From an uncultured Clostridia bacterium (lineage in GTDB: Bacteria > Bacillota > Clostridia > TANB77 > CAG-508), in contig CAPYID010000002.1 of assembly GCA_948739805.1 (NCBI GenBank), positions 48,295 to 112,294 of the forward strand: DNA of 64,000 nt. Reading direction: 5' to 3'. The translations under genes and the position numbers were made by a program. This document shows, piece by piece, positions 18,828 through 28,704 of the stretch. The notes beneath the pieces were generated by a model. The model ran no database searches. It saw only the letters and a list, made by a program, of their open reading frames with translations, and was not told the origin of the DNA. How positions within the stretch are numbered: the stretch's first letter is position 1; each line of letters begins with the position of its first letter.

Positions 18828-18884
18828 AGAATAGTGATAAAATCCTCATAAATACATAATATGATATTGCAAGGAGGAATGAGG

Positions 18885-19670
18885 ATGAAGATATTTATTA
18901 TTTCAAGAAAAAAAATATATATTTGCTTTGTAATTTTATTTATAATATTAATAGTAAGTTCAATATATGTACAAGGATATTCCTTAGTCAAACAAGATAG
19001 TACAGTAGAAGATGAATTTGATAATAAAGTAAAAGAATTATGTAATAGAAGAGAAAAGGTAGCATACTTAACTTTTGATGATGGACCAACGAAAAATATA
19101 ACACCAAAAGTTTTAGACATTTTAAAAGAAGAAAATGTGAAAGCTACCTTTTTTGTAATTGGAAAATCAGTTGAGAATTATCCTGAAATTGTAAAAAGAG
19201 CATATGAAGAAGGTCACTATATAGCAAACCACGGATATAGTCATAATAACGAAAATCTATATAAAAGTGAAGAAAGCTTTGTAAATGAAATAAGAAAGAC
19301 AGATGAAGCAATAGGAAAAGCAATAGGTATAGAAAATTATTCATCTCATATATTTAGATTTCCAAATGGATTTATGTCTCCATTATATAAATCTAAGAAA
19401 AAGAATATGGCAAAAGTACTCACAGAAATGGGATATACATATATTGATTGGAACTCACTGAATAATGATTCCATTAAAAAATATACAAAAGCTCAACTTA
19501 CAGATAATCTAAAAAAATCATCAAAAGGAAAAGGCACTTTAGTAATATTAATGCATGACACAAAAGATGTAAGCAATAGTTCTGAAGCATTAAAAGAATC
19601 TATAGAATACTTAAAATCAGAAGGATATACATTTGAAAACTTTTATAATATTATAGAAAAACTTATTTAG
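18885..19670 (+). CDS. polysaccharide deacetylase (NodB-homology; peptidoglycan GlcNAc deacetylase-like)
   Basis: YLTFDDGP, HGYSH and LMHD motifs. Signal/TM N-terminus. AAGGAGG RBS places the start at 18885. Confidence 0.8.
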   Translation: MKIFIISRKKIYICFVILFIILIVSSIYVQGYSLVKQDSTVEDEFDNKVKELCNRREKVAYLTFDDGPTKNITPKVLDILKEENVKATFFVIGKSVENYPEIVKRAYEEGHYIANHGYSHNNENLYKSEESFVNEIRKTDEAIGKAIGIENYSSHIFRFPNGFMSPLYKSKKKNMAKVLTEMGYTYIDWNSLNNDSIKKYTKAQLTDNLKKSSKGKGTLVILMHDTKDVSNSSEALKESIEYLKSEGYTFENFYNIIEKLI

Positions 19671-19795
19671 AACGTTCTTGACCATATAGTCGATAGTTTG
19701 ACAGAGTATATCATAAATGTTAATCTAGTATAGCAAACTAGATACAGAGACTTATGATAAATAAACTGAACTTTATAGAGAGGGATGATAAAAAT

Positions 19796-20854
19796 ATGAA
19801 GGGGATAAAGATTGGAAAAAAACAGTCAAAATATCCGATTATTCAAGGTGGAATGGGTGTTGGAGTATCAATGCACAATTTAGCAGGAAATGTTAGCAAG
19901 GAAGGTGGAATTGGAATTATATCAACTGCTGATATAGGCTACTTAGAAGAAGATTTTGTAAAAAATCCGATGAAAGCTAACTTAAGAGCAATTGGCAAAG
20001 AAATAAAAAAGGCAAGAGAAATTGCAGGAGAAGACAAAATAATAGGTGTAAATATAATGGTAGCTTTAAAGAACTATGTAGAAATTGTAAAAGAATGTGT
20101 AAAACAAAAAGTTGATTTAATTATATCAGGTGCAGGAATACCTAAGGAATTACCAGAATATGTAAAGGGTAGCAATACAAGAATTGCTCCAATTGTATCA
20201 TCATTTAGATGCTGTAAACTAATAGTTGGACATTGGATGAAAAAATATAATTATGTACCAGATATGATAGTAATAGAAGGACCAGAAGCAGGGGGGCATT
20301 TAGGATTTAAAAGAGAAGAATTGGATGAAGATAAAAAACCTAAACTAGAGGAAATTACAACAGAGGTAGTAAAATATATTAAAGAATTAGAAAAAGAAAC
20401 AGGGAAAGAAATTCCTGTTATATCGGCAGGAGGAATATGGGACTCTAAGGACATAAAGAAATTTTTAGATTTAGGCGCAAGTGGTGTACAAATGGCAACC
20501 AGATTTGTTGCAACAGATGAATGTGATGCTTCAATAGAATTTAAGCAAGCATATGTAAAAGCAAAGAATGAAGATATAAAAATAATTAGAAGTCCTGTAG
20601 GGATGCCAGGAAGAGCAATAAATAATAGCTTTATAAAAAAAGTAGAAACAGAAAAATGTAAAATAGACAAATGCTATAACTGTATAAAAACATGTGATAT
20701 AGTTAATAGTCCATACTGTATTACAAAAGCCCTAATAAATTCTGTAAAAGGAAAAGTAGAGGAAGGATTAATCTTTTGTGGTAGCAATGTCAGTAAAATT
20801 GATAAAATTGTTCCATTACATGATTTAATGCAAGAACTAATCTGTGAACTATAG
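19796..20854 (+). CDS. NMO-family (nitronate monooxygenase / FabK-like) FMN oxidoreductase
   Basis: KYPIIQGGMGVGVS N-terminal signature and TIM-barrel-like length. Start at 19796 by homology-typical N-terminus. Confidence 0.7.
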   Translation: MKGIKIGKKQSKYPIIQGGMGVGVSMHNLAGNVSKEGGIGIISTADIGYLEEDFVKNPMKANLRAIGKEIKKAREIAGEDKIIGVNIMVALKNYVEIVKECVKQKVDLIISGAGIPKELPEYVKGSNTRIAPIVSSFRCCKLIVGHWMKKYNYVPDMIVIEGPEAGGHLGFKREELDEDKKPKLEEITTEVVKYIKELEKETGKEIPVISAGGIWDSKDIKKFLDLGASGVQMATRFVATDECDASIEFKQAYVKAKNEDIKIIRSPVGMPGRAINNSFIKKVETEKCKIDKCYNCIKTCDIVNSPYCITKALINSVKGKVEEGLIFCGSNVSKIDKIVPLHDLMQELICEL

Positions 20855-20898
20855 GGGGCACCATTTGGGCACCCGTTGAAATTTCAATGTGTCTCTAA
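20852..20898 (+). repeat. GC-rich intergenic repeat (TAGGGGGCACC...GGGCACCCG...ATTTCAATGTG), member of the GTAGGGGC family
   Basis: Shares the GGGGC(A)C head and the ATTTCAATGTG tail with the element at 46880. Confidence 0.45.
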
Positions 20899-20992
20899 AC
20901 ATGAGATGAGATAATATAATAAATAATTGTATTGATAAATCTCTCTATTTATGGTAATATTAACATATCAACACAGGAGGAAGGTAAAAGAG

Positions 20993-21952
20993 ATGATTTT
21001 ATCAATTTTTTTAATAATTATAGGATTTGCATTACTTGTAAAAGGAGCAGACTTTTTAGTAGAAGGTTCAAGTAGTATAGCAAAAAAATTCCATATTCCA
21101 GAAATAATAATAGGGCTAACAATAGTGTCGATAGGTACATCAATGCCAGAATTATTTGTGAGCTTAACCTCTGCATTAGAAGGACACTCAGATATGTCAA
21201 TGGGAAATGTAATAGGAAGTAATATTGCCAACCTATTATTAATATTAGGATTATCAACAGTTATTAGACCCATAAAATTTCAAAAAGAAACTAGACTAAT
21301 AGAAATGCCAATGTGTTTATTAATAACAATTATTTTTATGATATTTTGTAATACAGGAACAGGAATATCAAAAATAGAAGCAATTATATTATTAGTGCTA
21401 TTTGTAATATTTATTTTATATACAATAATTATGGGCAAAAAAGGTGAAGAATTCGATAAAGAAGACACTATTATAGAATTAAAAGCAGAGGGGGAAAAAG
21501 TATCAATATTTAAAAGTATTATATTTATTATATTAGGTATAATTGGCTTAAAAGTTGGAGGAGATTTAACAGTAGATAATGCTCTAGTAGTTGCAAGATA
21601 CTTTAATTTAAGTGAAAAAATTATTAGTTTAACAATACTTGCAGTTGGTACAAGTTTGCCAGAACTAGTAACAAGTGTTACAGCAGCAATTAAGGGAAAT
21701 AGTGATATAGCAATAGGGAATATTATTGGTTCAAATATTTTTAATATGTTGTTTATAATTGGTGTATCAGCATTTATAAATCCAATCATATATAACTCTT
21801 CATACAATCTAGAAATGATAATATTAATAATTGGAATATTATTATTATCACTATTTCCAATAATACCACCGAAAAATCAAATGAATAGGTCAAATGGACT
21901 TATATATTTAATTATGTATGTAGTATATATGGTAATTTTATTTGTACATTAA
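20993..21952 (+). CDS. CaCA-family sodium/calcium antiporter (YrbG-like)
   Basis: Two alpha-repeat motifs GTSMPELFVS and GTSLPELVTS. RBS GGAGGAAGG. Confidence 0.8.
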   Translation: MILSIFLIIIGFALLVKGADFLVEGSSSIAKKFHIPEIIIGLTIVSIGTSMPELFVSLTSALEGHSDMSMGNVIGSNIANLLLILGLSTVIRPIKFQKETRLIEMPMCLLITIIFMIFCNTGTGISKIEAIILLVLFVIFILYTIIMGKKGEEFDKEDTIIELKAEGEKVSIFKSIIFIILGIIGLKVGGDLTVDNALVVARYFNLSEKIISLTILAVGTSLPELVTSVTAAIKGNSDIAIGNIIGSNIFNMLFIIGVSAFINPIIYNSSYNLEMIILIIGILLLSLFPIIPPKNQMNRSNGLIYLIMYVVYMVILFVH

Positions 21953-22032
21953 GAATGGATATAAGTTGAAAAAGAATTGGTAACAATTCTTTTTCAACTT
22001 AGGTTTGTAGCTTAGAAAGGAATGATGGAAGT

Positions 22033-22923
22033 ATGGTAAATATTAGAGAAGAAGAATTAAAACGATTATTTTTAGAACTAAAAGGAACCAATAAAGATAT
22101 AGCATTTCAAAAAATATATACACAGTATAACAAATTAATATATGGAATTGCTTTCGGAATTCTTAAAAATAAGGAAGATTCAGAAGACATAGTACAAATA
22201 TTTTTCTCAAAGTTATATACACTTGAAAAAGAAAAATTACCAAATGAGAAAATAGCAAGTTGGATATATACAGTAGCTAAAAATGAAACTATCTCAGTAT
22301 TAAGAAAAAAGAAAGAACATTTTGATATTGAGACAATTTATGATATTGAGGATAAAGATAATGAAATAAACAATTTAATAGATAAAGAACAATTTAATAA
22401 ATTAATTGGCAAATTAGAAGAAAAAGAAAGAGAGATAATAACATTAAAAATAATAGCAGGTTTAACTTTTGAGGATATTGCAAAACTATTAAATAAACCA
22501 ACTGGAACAATAAAATGGAGATATTATAAAAGTGTACATACATTAAAATTACTACTAAGTAATCTAGTAATGTTTATTTTGACATTTGTTATAGGACTAA
22601 GAACTTTATTTAATAAAGAAAGTAAGATAGAAGATAATGCATCAATAATAAATAACGAAACAGAAAAAGTAGAAGATATTCAAATAAAAGATACAAATGA
22701 AACACAGCAATCAGAAATGATAGGAGAGGTTATAAATAGTATAAAAGACGAAACGAATAAAACTTATGAAAACACAGTTATAGAACAAGTACAAGAATAC
22801 AATTTAAATTATATAGGAATAGGAATTTTAAGTATTTCTTCAGTATTTTTATGCATAACAGTAATATTTACACTATTATTTACAAAGTACCAAATAAAAT
22901 TAAGGAAAAGAAAATCTAAATAA
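22033..22923 (+). CDS. sigma-70-family (ECF-like) sigma factor fused to a C-terminal transmembrane extension
   Basis: Region 2 (IYGIAFGIL) and region 4 (LTFEDIAKLLNKPTGTIKWRYYKSV) are present, followed by one TM helix, an acidic extracellular segment, a second TM helix and a KRKSK tail. Confidence 0.65.
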   Translation: MVNIREEELKRLFLELKGTNKDIAFQKIYTQYNKLIYGIAFGILKNKEDSEDIVQIFFSKLYTLEKEKLPNEKIASWIYTVAKNETISVLRKKKEHFDIETIYDIEDKDNEINNLIDKEQFNKLIGKLEEKEREIITLKIIAGLTFEDIAKLLNKPTGTIKWRYYKSVHTLKLLLSNLVMFILTFVIGLRTLFNKESKIEDNASIINNETEKVEDIQIKDTNETQQSEMIGEVINSIKDETNKTYENTVIEQVQEYNLNYIGIGILSISSVFLCITVIFTLLFTKYQIKLRKRKSK

Positions 22924-22994
22924 TTTAGAAAAGGAAAAAATGATATAATTTAAGTTTTGAAAAATGAACATTATGGATTAGAAAGGAAATAAAG

Positions 22995-23684
22995 ATGCCA
23001 AAAATATTGATAGTAGAAGATGATGAGAAATTAAGAAATGAATTAGAAATATTTTTAAGTAATAATGGATATGAAGCACAAACTCTAAAAGATTTTAAGA
23101 ATACTATAAATAAAATTTTAGAAATAAATCCTGACTTATTATTATTAGATATAAACTTGCCAGAAGCGGACGGAGAATATATTTGTAAAGAATTAAGAAA
23201 AAAATCAGATATGCCTATAATAATAGTTACAAGTAGGGAAAGTGAAATAGATGAATTACTTTGTATTAATTATGGAGCAGACCATTATATAACAAAGCCA
23301 TTCAACATCCAGATTTTACTTGCAAAAATAAATTCATTATTAAGAAGGGCAAACATGTCAGGAGAAGCAAGTGAAAAGATAGATGCAAAAGACTTTATAT
23401 TAAATAACTCAAAAAGTACAATAGAAAAGGATGGTAAAATAGTTGAACTAACTAAAAATGAATATAAAATATTAAATTTTTTAGTGCAAAACAGAGAAAA
23501 AATAGTATCAAGAGATGATATAATGGAATGCCTATGGGATAGTGAAAGTTTTATAGACGATAATACTTTAACTGTAAATATTACCAGACTAAGAAACAAA
23601 CTTGGAGAATTGGGGTTAAAGGAATTATTAGAGACGAAACGAGGACAAGGATATATACTCGTTTCTTTTCCAAACCGAAATTAA
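22995..23684 (+). CDS. OmpR-family response regulator (BceR-like)
   Basis: LIVEDD and LLLLDINLP receiver motifs. Winged-helix C-terminus. Confidence 0.85.
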   Translation: MPKILIVEDDEKLRNELEIFLSNNGYEAQTLKDFKNTINKILEINPDLLLLDINLPEADGEYICKELRKKSDMPIIIVTSRESEIDELLCINYGADHYITKPFNIQILLAKINSLLRRANMSGEASEKIDAKDFILNNSKSTIEKDGKIVELTKNEYKILNFLVQNREKIVSRDDIMECLWDSESFIDDNTLTVNITRLRNKLGELGLKELLETKRGQGYILVSFPNRN

Positions 23685-23699
23685 ATAGGAGAACCAAAA

Positions 23700-24716
23700 A
23701 TGAATTTAAAAAACTTTATAAAAGGTAAATTGCTAACAATAATATTAATAATATTTAGTTTAGCAACTATAGAGATATTCTTAATGGCATATCCATTTGG
23801 AAACTTTATAAAAATTTACATTCCTCTAAGCATAATATTTTTTGGAGCTATTGGGATACTTGTGGAATATTTTATAAAAAGAAGATATTATGCTAATTTA
23901 AAAAATATATTAGATGATTTAGATGAAAAGTATCTAATAACTGAACTTATAAAAGCACCAGAATTTATTGAAGGGAAAATATTAAAACAAACATTAGAAG
24001 AAATAGATAAATCTATGACAGAAAATGTTAATAAATATAAATATTTACAAGGAGACTACAAAGAATATATAGAATTATGGATACATGAAATAAAAATGCC
24101 AATAGCAACAAGTAAAATGATAATAGAAAACAATAAAAATACAGTAACAAAAAGTATAAATGAAGAACTAGACAAGGTAGAAAATTATATTGAGCAAGCA
24201 TTATTTTATGCAAGAAGTAACACAGTAGAAAAAGATTACTATATAAAAAAGAGTAGTTTAAAAGATATTGTTAATGATAGCATAAAGAAAAACAAAAATA
24301 TATTAATTGAGGAAAAAGTATTAATTAATATTCATGATTTAGATTTAGAGGTAAACACAGATAGCAAATGGATAATATTTATATTAAACCAAATAATACA
24401 AAATAGTATAAAATATAAGAAAACAGAAACTGAACTAAAACTAGAGATATATTGTAAGCAAGGCAAGGAAAATGTAATTTTATATATAAAAGATAATGGT
24501 TTAGGAATAAAAAAAGGAGAAATTACAAGAGTATTTGAAAAAGGATTTACAGGAACTAATGGAAGATTATCTAATAAAAAATCTACAGGGATAGGTTTAT
24601 ACTTATGTAAAAAACTATGTGATAAATTAGGAATAGCAATAGAACTAAACTCTGTTTATGGAGAAGGTACAGAAATAAGAATAGTGTTTCCACATAATTC
24701 ATTATATTTTAAATGA
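23700..24716 (+). CDS. sensor histidine kinase (BceS-like; intramembrane-sensing, two N-terminal TM helices)
   Basis: H-box ELWIHEIKMPIA. HATPase N and G boxes (IIQNSIKY, DNGLGI, GIGLYLC). Confidence 0.8.
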   Translation: MNLKNFIKGKLLTIILIIFSLATIEIFLMAYPFGNFIKIYIPLSIIFFGAIGILVEYFIKRRYYANLKNILDDLDEKYLITELIKAPEFIEGKILKQTLEEIDKSMTENVNKYKYLQGDYKEYIELWIHEIKMPIATSKMIIENNKNTVTKSINEELDKVENYIEQALFYARSNTVEKDYYIKKSSLKDIVNDSIKKNKNILIEEKVLINIHDLDLEVNTDSKWIIFILNQIIQNSIKYKKTETELKLEIYCKQGKENVILYIKDNGLGIKKGEITRVFEKGFTGTNGRLSNKKSTGIGLYLCKKLCDKLGIAIELNSVYGEGTEIRIVFPHNSLYFK

Positions 24717-24754
24717 ATAATATCACACAATTGAACAAAGAATAATAAAATAGT

Positions 24755-24790
24755 ATTGACAATGTGATAACAATGTGATATTATGAAGAT
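24755..24790 (+). promoter_or_regulatory. promoter TTGACA-17-TATTAT overlapped by a tandem direct repeat ACAATGTGATA x2 (likely DinJ-YafQ operator)
   Basis: TTGACAATGTGATAACAATGTGATATTAT seen directly. Confidence 0.45.
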
Positions 24791-24810
24791 ATATTTTGGA
24801 GGTGATTTTA

Positions 24811-25086
24811 ATGACAAGAACAGATAATATTAATATAAGGGTAGAACCAAAATTGAAAAAAGAAGTTGAAGAAACATTAAATGATTTAGGTATGAATATA
24901 ACAGATGCAGTAACAATATTTTTTAAACAAATTATAATGACAGAAAGTATCCCATTTATGATAAAAAAGCCTAGATTAAATGCAGAAACTATAAAAGTAA
25001 TCGAAGATGCAGAGAAAGGTATAAATTTAAGTAAAGGATATACAGATTTAGACGAAATGTGGAAAGATTTAGAGGAAGAGGATTAG
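24811..25086 (+). CDS. dinJ: type II antitoxin, RelB/DinJ family
   Basis: ININIRVEPKLKKEVEETLNDLGMNITDAVTIFFKQII resembles the DinJ ribbon-helix-helix N-terminus. GGAGGTG RBS. 3-nt gap to the toxin start. Confidence 0.7.
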   Translation: MTRTDNINIRVEPKLKKEVEETLNDLGMNITDAVTIFFKQIIMTESIPFMIKKPRLNAETIKVIEDAEKGINLSKGYTDLDEMWKDLEEED

Positions 25087-25088
25087 TA

Positions 25089-25388
25089 ATGTTAACAGTA
25101 AAATATAGTAATTTATTTAAAAAAGATTTGAAACTTATGCGAAAAAGAGGTCTAGACATAAACAAATTAAAAGAAGTGATAAAACTTTTAGCAAATAACG
25201 AAACATTACCAGATAAATACAGAGACCACTATTTATCAAATAATTATAAACGGCTATAGAGAATGTCATATACAACCTAATTGGCTTTTAATTTATTCAA
25301 TTAATTCAAACGAATTAGTATTAACAGCATTTAGAACAGGTTCACATTCTGATTTGTTGGAAAAGTAGATATTAAATATAAAAACCTT
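25089..25388 (+). pseudogene. yafQ: YafQ-family (RelE/ParE superfamily) toxin with an in-frame TAG at 25257-25259
   Basis: N-terminus FKKDLKLMRKRGLDINKLKEVIKLLANNETLPDKYRDHYL. After the TAG the same frame continues RECHIQPNWLLIYSINSNELVLTAFRTGSHSDLLEK*, matching the YafQ C-terminus (HVEPDWILIY...RTGTHAALF). Confidence 0.6.
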
Positions 25389-25400
25389 ACAAAATTGTAA

Positions 25401-25427
25401 GGTTTTTGTAATATAAATCGATGGCAA
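25401..25427 (+). terminator. intrinsic terminator
   Basis: AAAAACCTTACAA/TTGTAAGGTTTTT perfect hairpin with T-run. Confidence 0.75.
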
Positions 25428-25439
25428 ATGTTAAAAAAA

Positions 25440-25580
25440 GAGGTTATAATTAAGTTAGCCGTTAACGACAGAGGATGTTATAGCTGTTCAAGCAAAGCGA
25501 GTTACAGATATAGCATGCTGTGCCGTTTTACGGATAACTTATGTAGCGGAACGAAGTGACGCTGTAAACAAATTAAAGGA
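25440..25580 (+). ncRNA. GC-enriched, ORF-free structured segment upstream of the bceA-like gene (candidate cis-regulatory or small RNA; identity unknown)
   Basis: About 140 nt with GC content markedly above the local ~28% and multiple short stems (CCGTTTTACGG, AGCG-N11-CGCT, TTACAG...CTGTAA). Stops in all frames. Confidence 0.25.
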
Positions 25581-25670
25581 TACTTGGAAAAGATAGAATT
25601 TGTAAAGTCTTCCCTTAACACTTTAAAAACTATCTTTTCTGAGGTGTAACAAAATGAAAGGAGCTTTTAC

Positions 25671-26438
25671 ATGGAAAAAGTATTACAAGTAAAAAACATA
25701 GAAAAATATTATGGAAGCAAATCAAATTTAACAAAAGCCATAGACAACATTAGTTTTGATGTTGAAAAAGGAGAATTTGTAGGTATAATGGGGGCAAGTG
25801 GTTCGGGAAAAACAACACTATTAAATACAATATCAACAATAGATAAAGTAACATCAGGACATATAATTATTAATGGAGAAGATATAACAAAATTAAAAGG
25901 GAACAAATTAAACAGATTTAGAAGGGAAGAACTAGGCTTTATATTTCAAGACTTCAATTTACTAGACACTTTAACAGCATATGAAAACATTGCAATTGCA
26001 TTAACGATACAAAAAGTTAATTCATCAGAAATAGATAGTAAAATAAATGCTATTGCAGAAAAATTAGGAATAAAAGAAATACTAAAAAAATACCCATATC
26101 AAGTATCAGGAGGACAAAAGCAAAGAATTGCATCAGCAAGAGCAATAATAACAAATCCTAAGTTAGTACTTGCAGATGAACCAACAGGGGCTTTAGATTC
26201 AAAATCAGCAAGACAATTATTAGAAAACTTTGAATATTTAAATCAGAAATTACAAGCAACCATTTTAATGGTTACACATGATGCTTTTACAGCGTCTTAT
26301 GCAAATAGAATTTTATTTATAAAAGATGGAAAAATTTTTAATGAGTTAATCAAAGGTAATGATACAAGAAAACAATTCTTTGAAAAAATAATTGAAGTAC
26401 AAACACTTCTTGGAGGTGACTTAAACGATGTTATTTAA
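25671..26438 (+). CDS. ABC transporter ATP-binding protein (BceA-like)
   Basis: Walker A GASGSGKTT, signature SGGQKQR, Walker B LVLADEPTGALD. Confidence 0.85.
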   Translation: MEKVLQVKNIEKYYGSKSNLTKAIDNISFDVEKGEFVGIMGASGSGKTTLLNTISTIDKVTSGHIIINGEDITKLKGNKLNRFRREELGFIFQDFNLLDTLTAYENIAIALTIQKVNSSEIDSKINAIAEKLGIKEILKKYPYQVSGGQKQRIASARAIITNPKLVLADEPTGALDSKSARQLLENFEYLNQKLQATILMVTHDAFTASYANRILFIKDGKIFNELIKGNDTRKQFFEKIIEVQTLLGGDLNDVI

Positions 26439-28515
26439 GTTATCAGTTAAAAACATGCAAAAAAGCATAAAAGACTATGCGATTTACTTTCTAACATTAG
26501 TATTAGGAGTTGCAATCTTTTATATGTTCAATTCGTTAGACAGCCAACAAGCAATGTTACAAGTATCACAGTCACAAAAAGAAATAATAAAACTTATGAT
26601 AAGTATGCTTGGAATGGTATCAGTATTTGTAGCAATTATATTGGGATTATTAATTGTATATGCAAATAATTTCTTAATTAATAGAAGAAAAAAGGAATTT
26701 GGAATATATATGACACTAGGAATGGGAAAAAGACAAATATCAAAAATCATATTACTAGAAACAATATTTGTAGGCATAATCTCACTTGTAGTAGGACTTG
26801 TAATAGGTATATTTGTATCACAATTTATGTCAATAATAGTTGCAAAAATGTTTGAAGCAAACATGAGTGAATTTAAATTCGTATTCTCAAAAGATGCTTG
26901 TATAAAAACTTGCATATATTTTGGAATAATGTACATTGCAGTAATGTTCTTTAATACTATGACTGTTTCCAGATATAAATTAATAAATTTACTAAATGCA
27001 ACTAAGAAAAATGAAGAAATAAAAATGAGAAATCCAATATTATCTATTTTAGTATTTTTTATATCAGCAAGTATTTTAGGATATGCTTATTGGAAAGTAA
27101 CAGCTGATTTTCGATCTATGGATAAAGCTGTTAAGCTGTTACCACCAATCTTAATGGGAATCACAGGAACTTTAGGGATATTTTGGTCTTTATCAGGTTT
27201 TATATTAAGAATAGTACAAATAATGAAAAACATATATTTAAAAGGTACAAATATGTTTGTATTAAGACAGATTAATAATAAAATTAATACAACAGTTATA
27301 AGTATGAGTGTTATTTGTTTGATGCTATTTATGACAATTACAATTTTATCATCTAGTTTAGCTTTAAGGAACACACTAGAGAGAGGTTTAGTAGAAATGA
27401 CTCCAGTAGATATAAACATGTATAAGACAGCAAACTTACCTGAAAGTTATATAAATCGATTGGGAAATAAAGTAACATACTCAAAAGAACAACAAGAGGA
27501 CTCTAGAATAACAGTAAAAGAAACTTTAGTAAATAATGGACTAGATATAAATGTATTAAAAGATGTAATAGAAATACCAATATATGCAACTAATGACATA
27601 ACCTTAGAGAAATTTTTTGGAAGCGAAATAGAAAATGTAAAACAACTATATGCAATGATGGATTATAGTACACCAGAAGAAATAATTAAAATATCAGATT
27701 ATAATAAAATAGCTAGATTATATGGAATAGAGCAGTATGAATTAAATGATGATGAATATATAGTAATTTGCAACTTTGATAATATAGCTTCATTAAGAAA
27801 TCAAGTATTAAGTATAGGAGAGAACAAACTTACAATATCAGGAAAACAATATAAATCAAAATATAATGAATGTAAAAATGGATTTATTGAAATATCAACA
27901 AATCATACAAATACAGGAATTATTTTAGTACCAGACAGTTGTGCTTTAGCAGAGGAGTCAAAAGAAAAAAGTTTTTTAGTAGCAAATTATAATGCAAAGA
28001 CAGATGAGGAAAAAGAGAAAATAGAAGAGTTATTTATAGATGGTTCTACAATTATAAAAAAATTATCTGATAAGGGATTAAATGTTACTGGTATTTCAAA
28101 AATATCTATAATGGATGCAAGTGTAGGACTAGCAACAATAATAACTTTTATAGCAATTTACTTAGGAATAATATTTTTAATAGCAAGTGCTGCAATTTTA
28201 GCATTAAAACAGCTAACAGAAAGTTCAGACAATAAACAAAGATATGAAATTTTAAGAAAAATAGGCTGTGACGAAAAAATGATAAGCAAAGCATTATTTA
28301 GGCAAATTGGAATATTTTTTGGACTACCATTAATATTAGCTATAATACACTCATTATTTGGAATACAATTTGTATTAGAGATGTTATCAGGACTTGCCGA
28401 AAAAAAAGAATTATTACCATCAATAATTACAACAATAATAATTATGGGAATAATCTATGGAGTATATTTCCTAGCGACCTATTTTGGAAGCAAAAATATA
28501 ATAAAAGAAGAATAA
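26428..28515 (+). CDS. ABC transporter permease (BceB-like; FtsX-type; 10 TM helices with large extracellular domain)
   Basis: 695 aa, overlaps the ATPase gene by 11 nt. FtsX-like TM blocks at both ends. Lies downstream of the BceRS-like two-component system. Confidence 0.8.
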   Translation: MLFKLSVKNMQKSIKDYAIYFLTLVLGVAIFYMFNSLDSQQAMLQVSQSQKEIIKLMISMLGMVSVFVAIILGLLIVYANNFLINRRKKEFGIYMTLGMGKRQISKIILLETIFVGIISLVVGLVIGIFVSQFMSIIVAKMFEANMSEFKFVFSKDACIKTCIYFGIMYIAVMFFNTMTVSRYKLINLLNATKKNEEIKMRNPILSILVFFISASILGYAYWKVTADFRSMDKAVKLLPPILMGITGTLGIFWSLSGFILRIVQIMKNIYLKGTNMFVLRQINNKINTTVISMSVICLMLFMTITILSSSLALRNTLERGLVEMTPVDINMYKTANLPESYINRLGNKVTYSKEQQEDSRITVKETLVNNGLDINVLKDVIEIPIYATNDITLEKFFGSEIENVKQLYAMMDYSTPEEIIKISDYNKIARLYGIEQYELNDDEYIVICNFDNIASLRNQVLSIGENKLTISGKQYKSKYNECKNGFIEISTNHTNTGIILVPDSCALAEESKEKSFLVANYNAKTDEEKEKIEELFIDGSTIIKKLSDKGLNVTGISKISIMDASVGLATIITFIAIYLGIIFLIASAAILALKQLTESSDNKQRYEILRKIGCDEKMISKALFRQIGIFFGLPLILAIIHSLFGIQFVLEMLSGLAEKKELLPSIITTIIIMGIIYGVYFLATYFGSKNIIKEE

Positions 28516-28616
28516 AAATTCTATAAACGAAAAACGGTAATAAGAGGTATTAAAAAATAGATTATTTTTTTAGTACCTTAGAGATGAGCATAAATACAAG
28601 ATTTTAATAATAGAGA

Positions 28617-28640
28617 GAGTGTCCTATATATAGGACACTC
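28617..28640. terminator. bidirectional terminator (perfect palindrome GAGTGTCCTATATATAGGACACTC)
   Basis: Located between convergent genes. Seen directly. Confidence 0.7.
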
Positions 28641-28704
28641 ATTTTAACTATTTGCAGAATATTACATTTGTAAACCTAAATATACACTTTACATGCTGTA
28701 TTAA

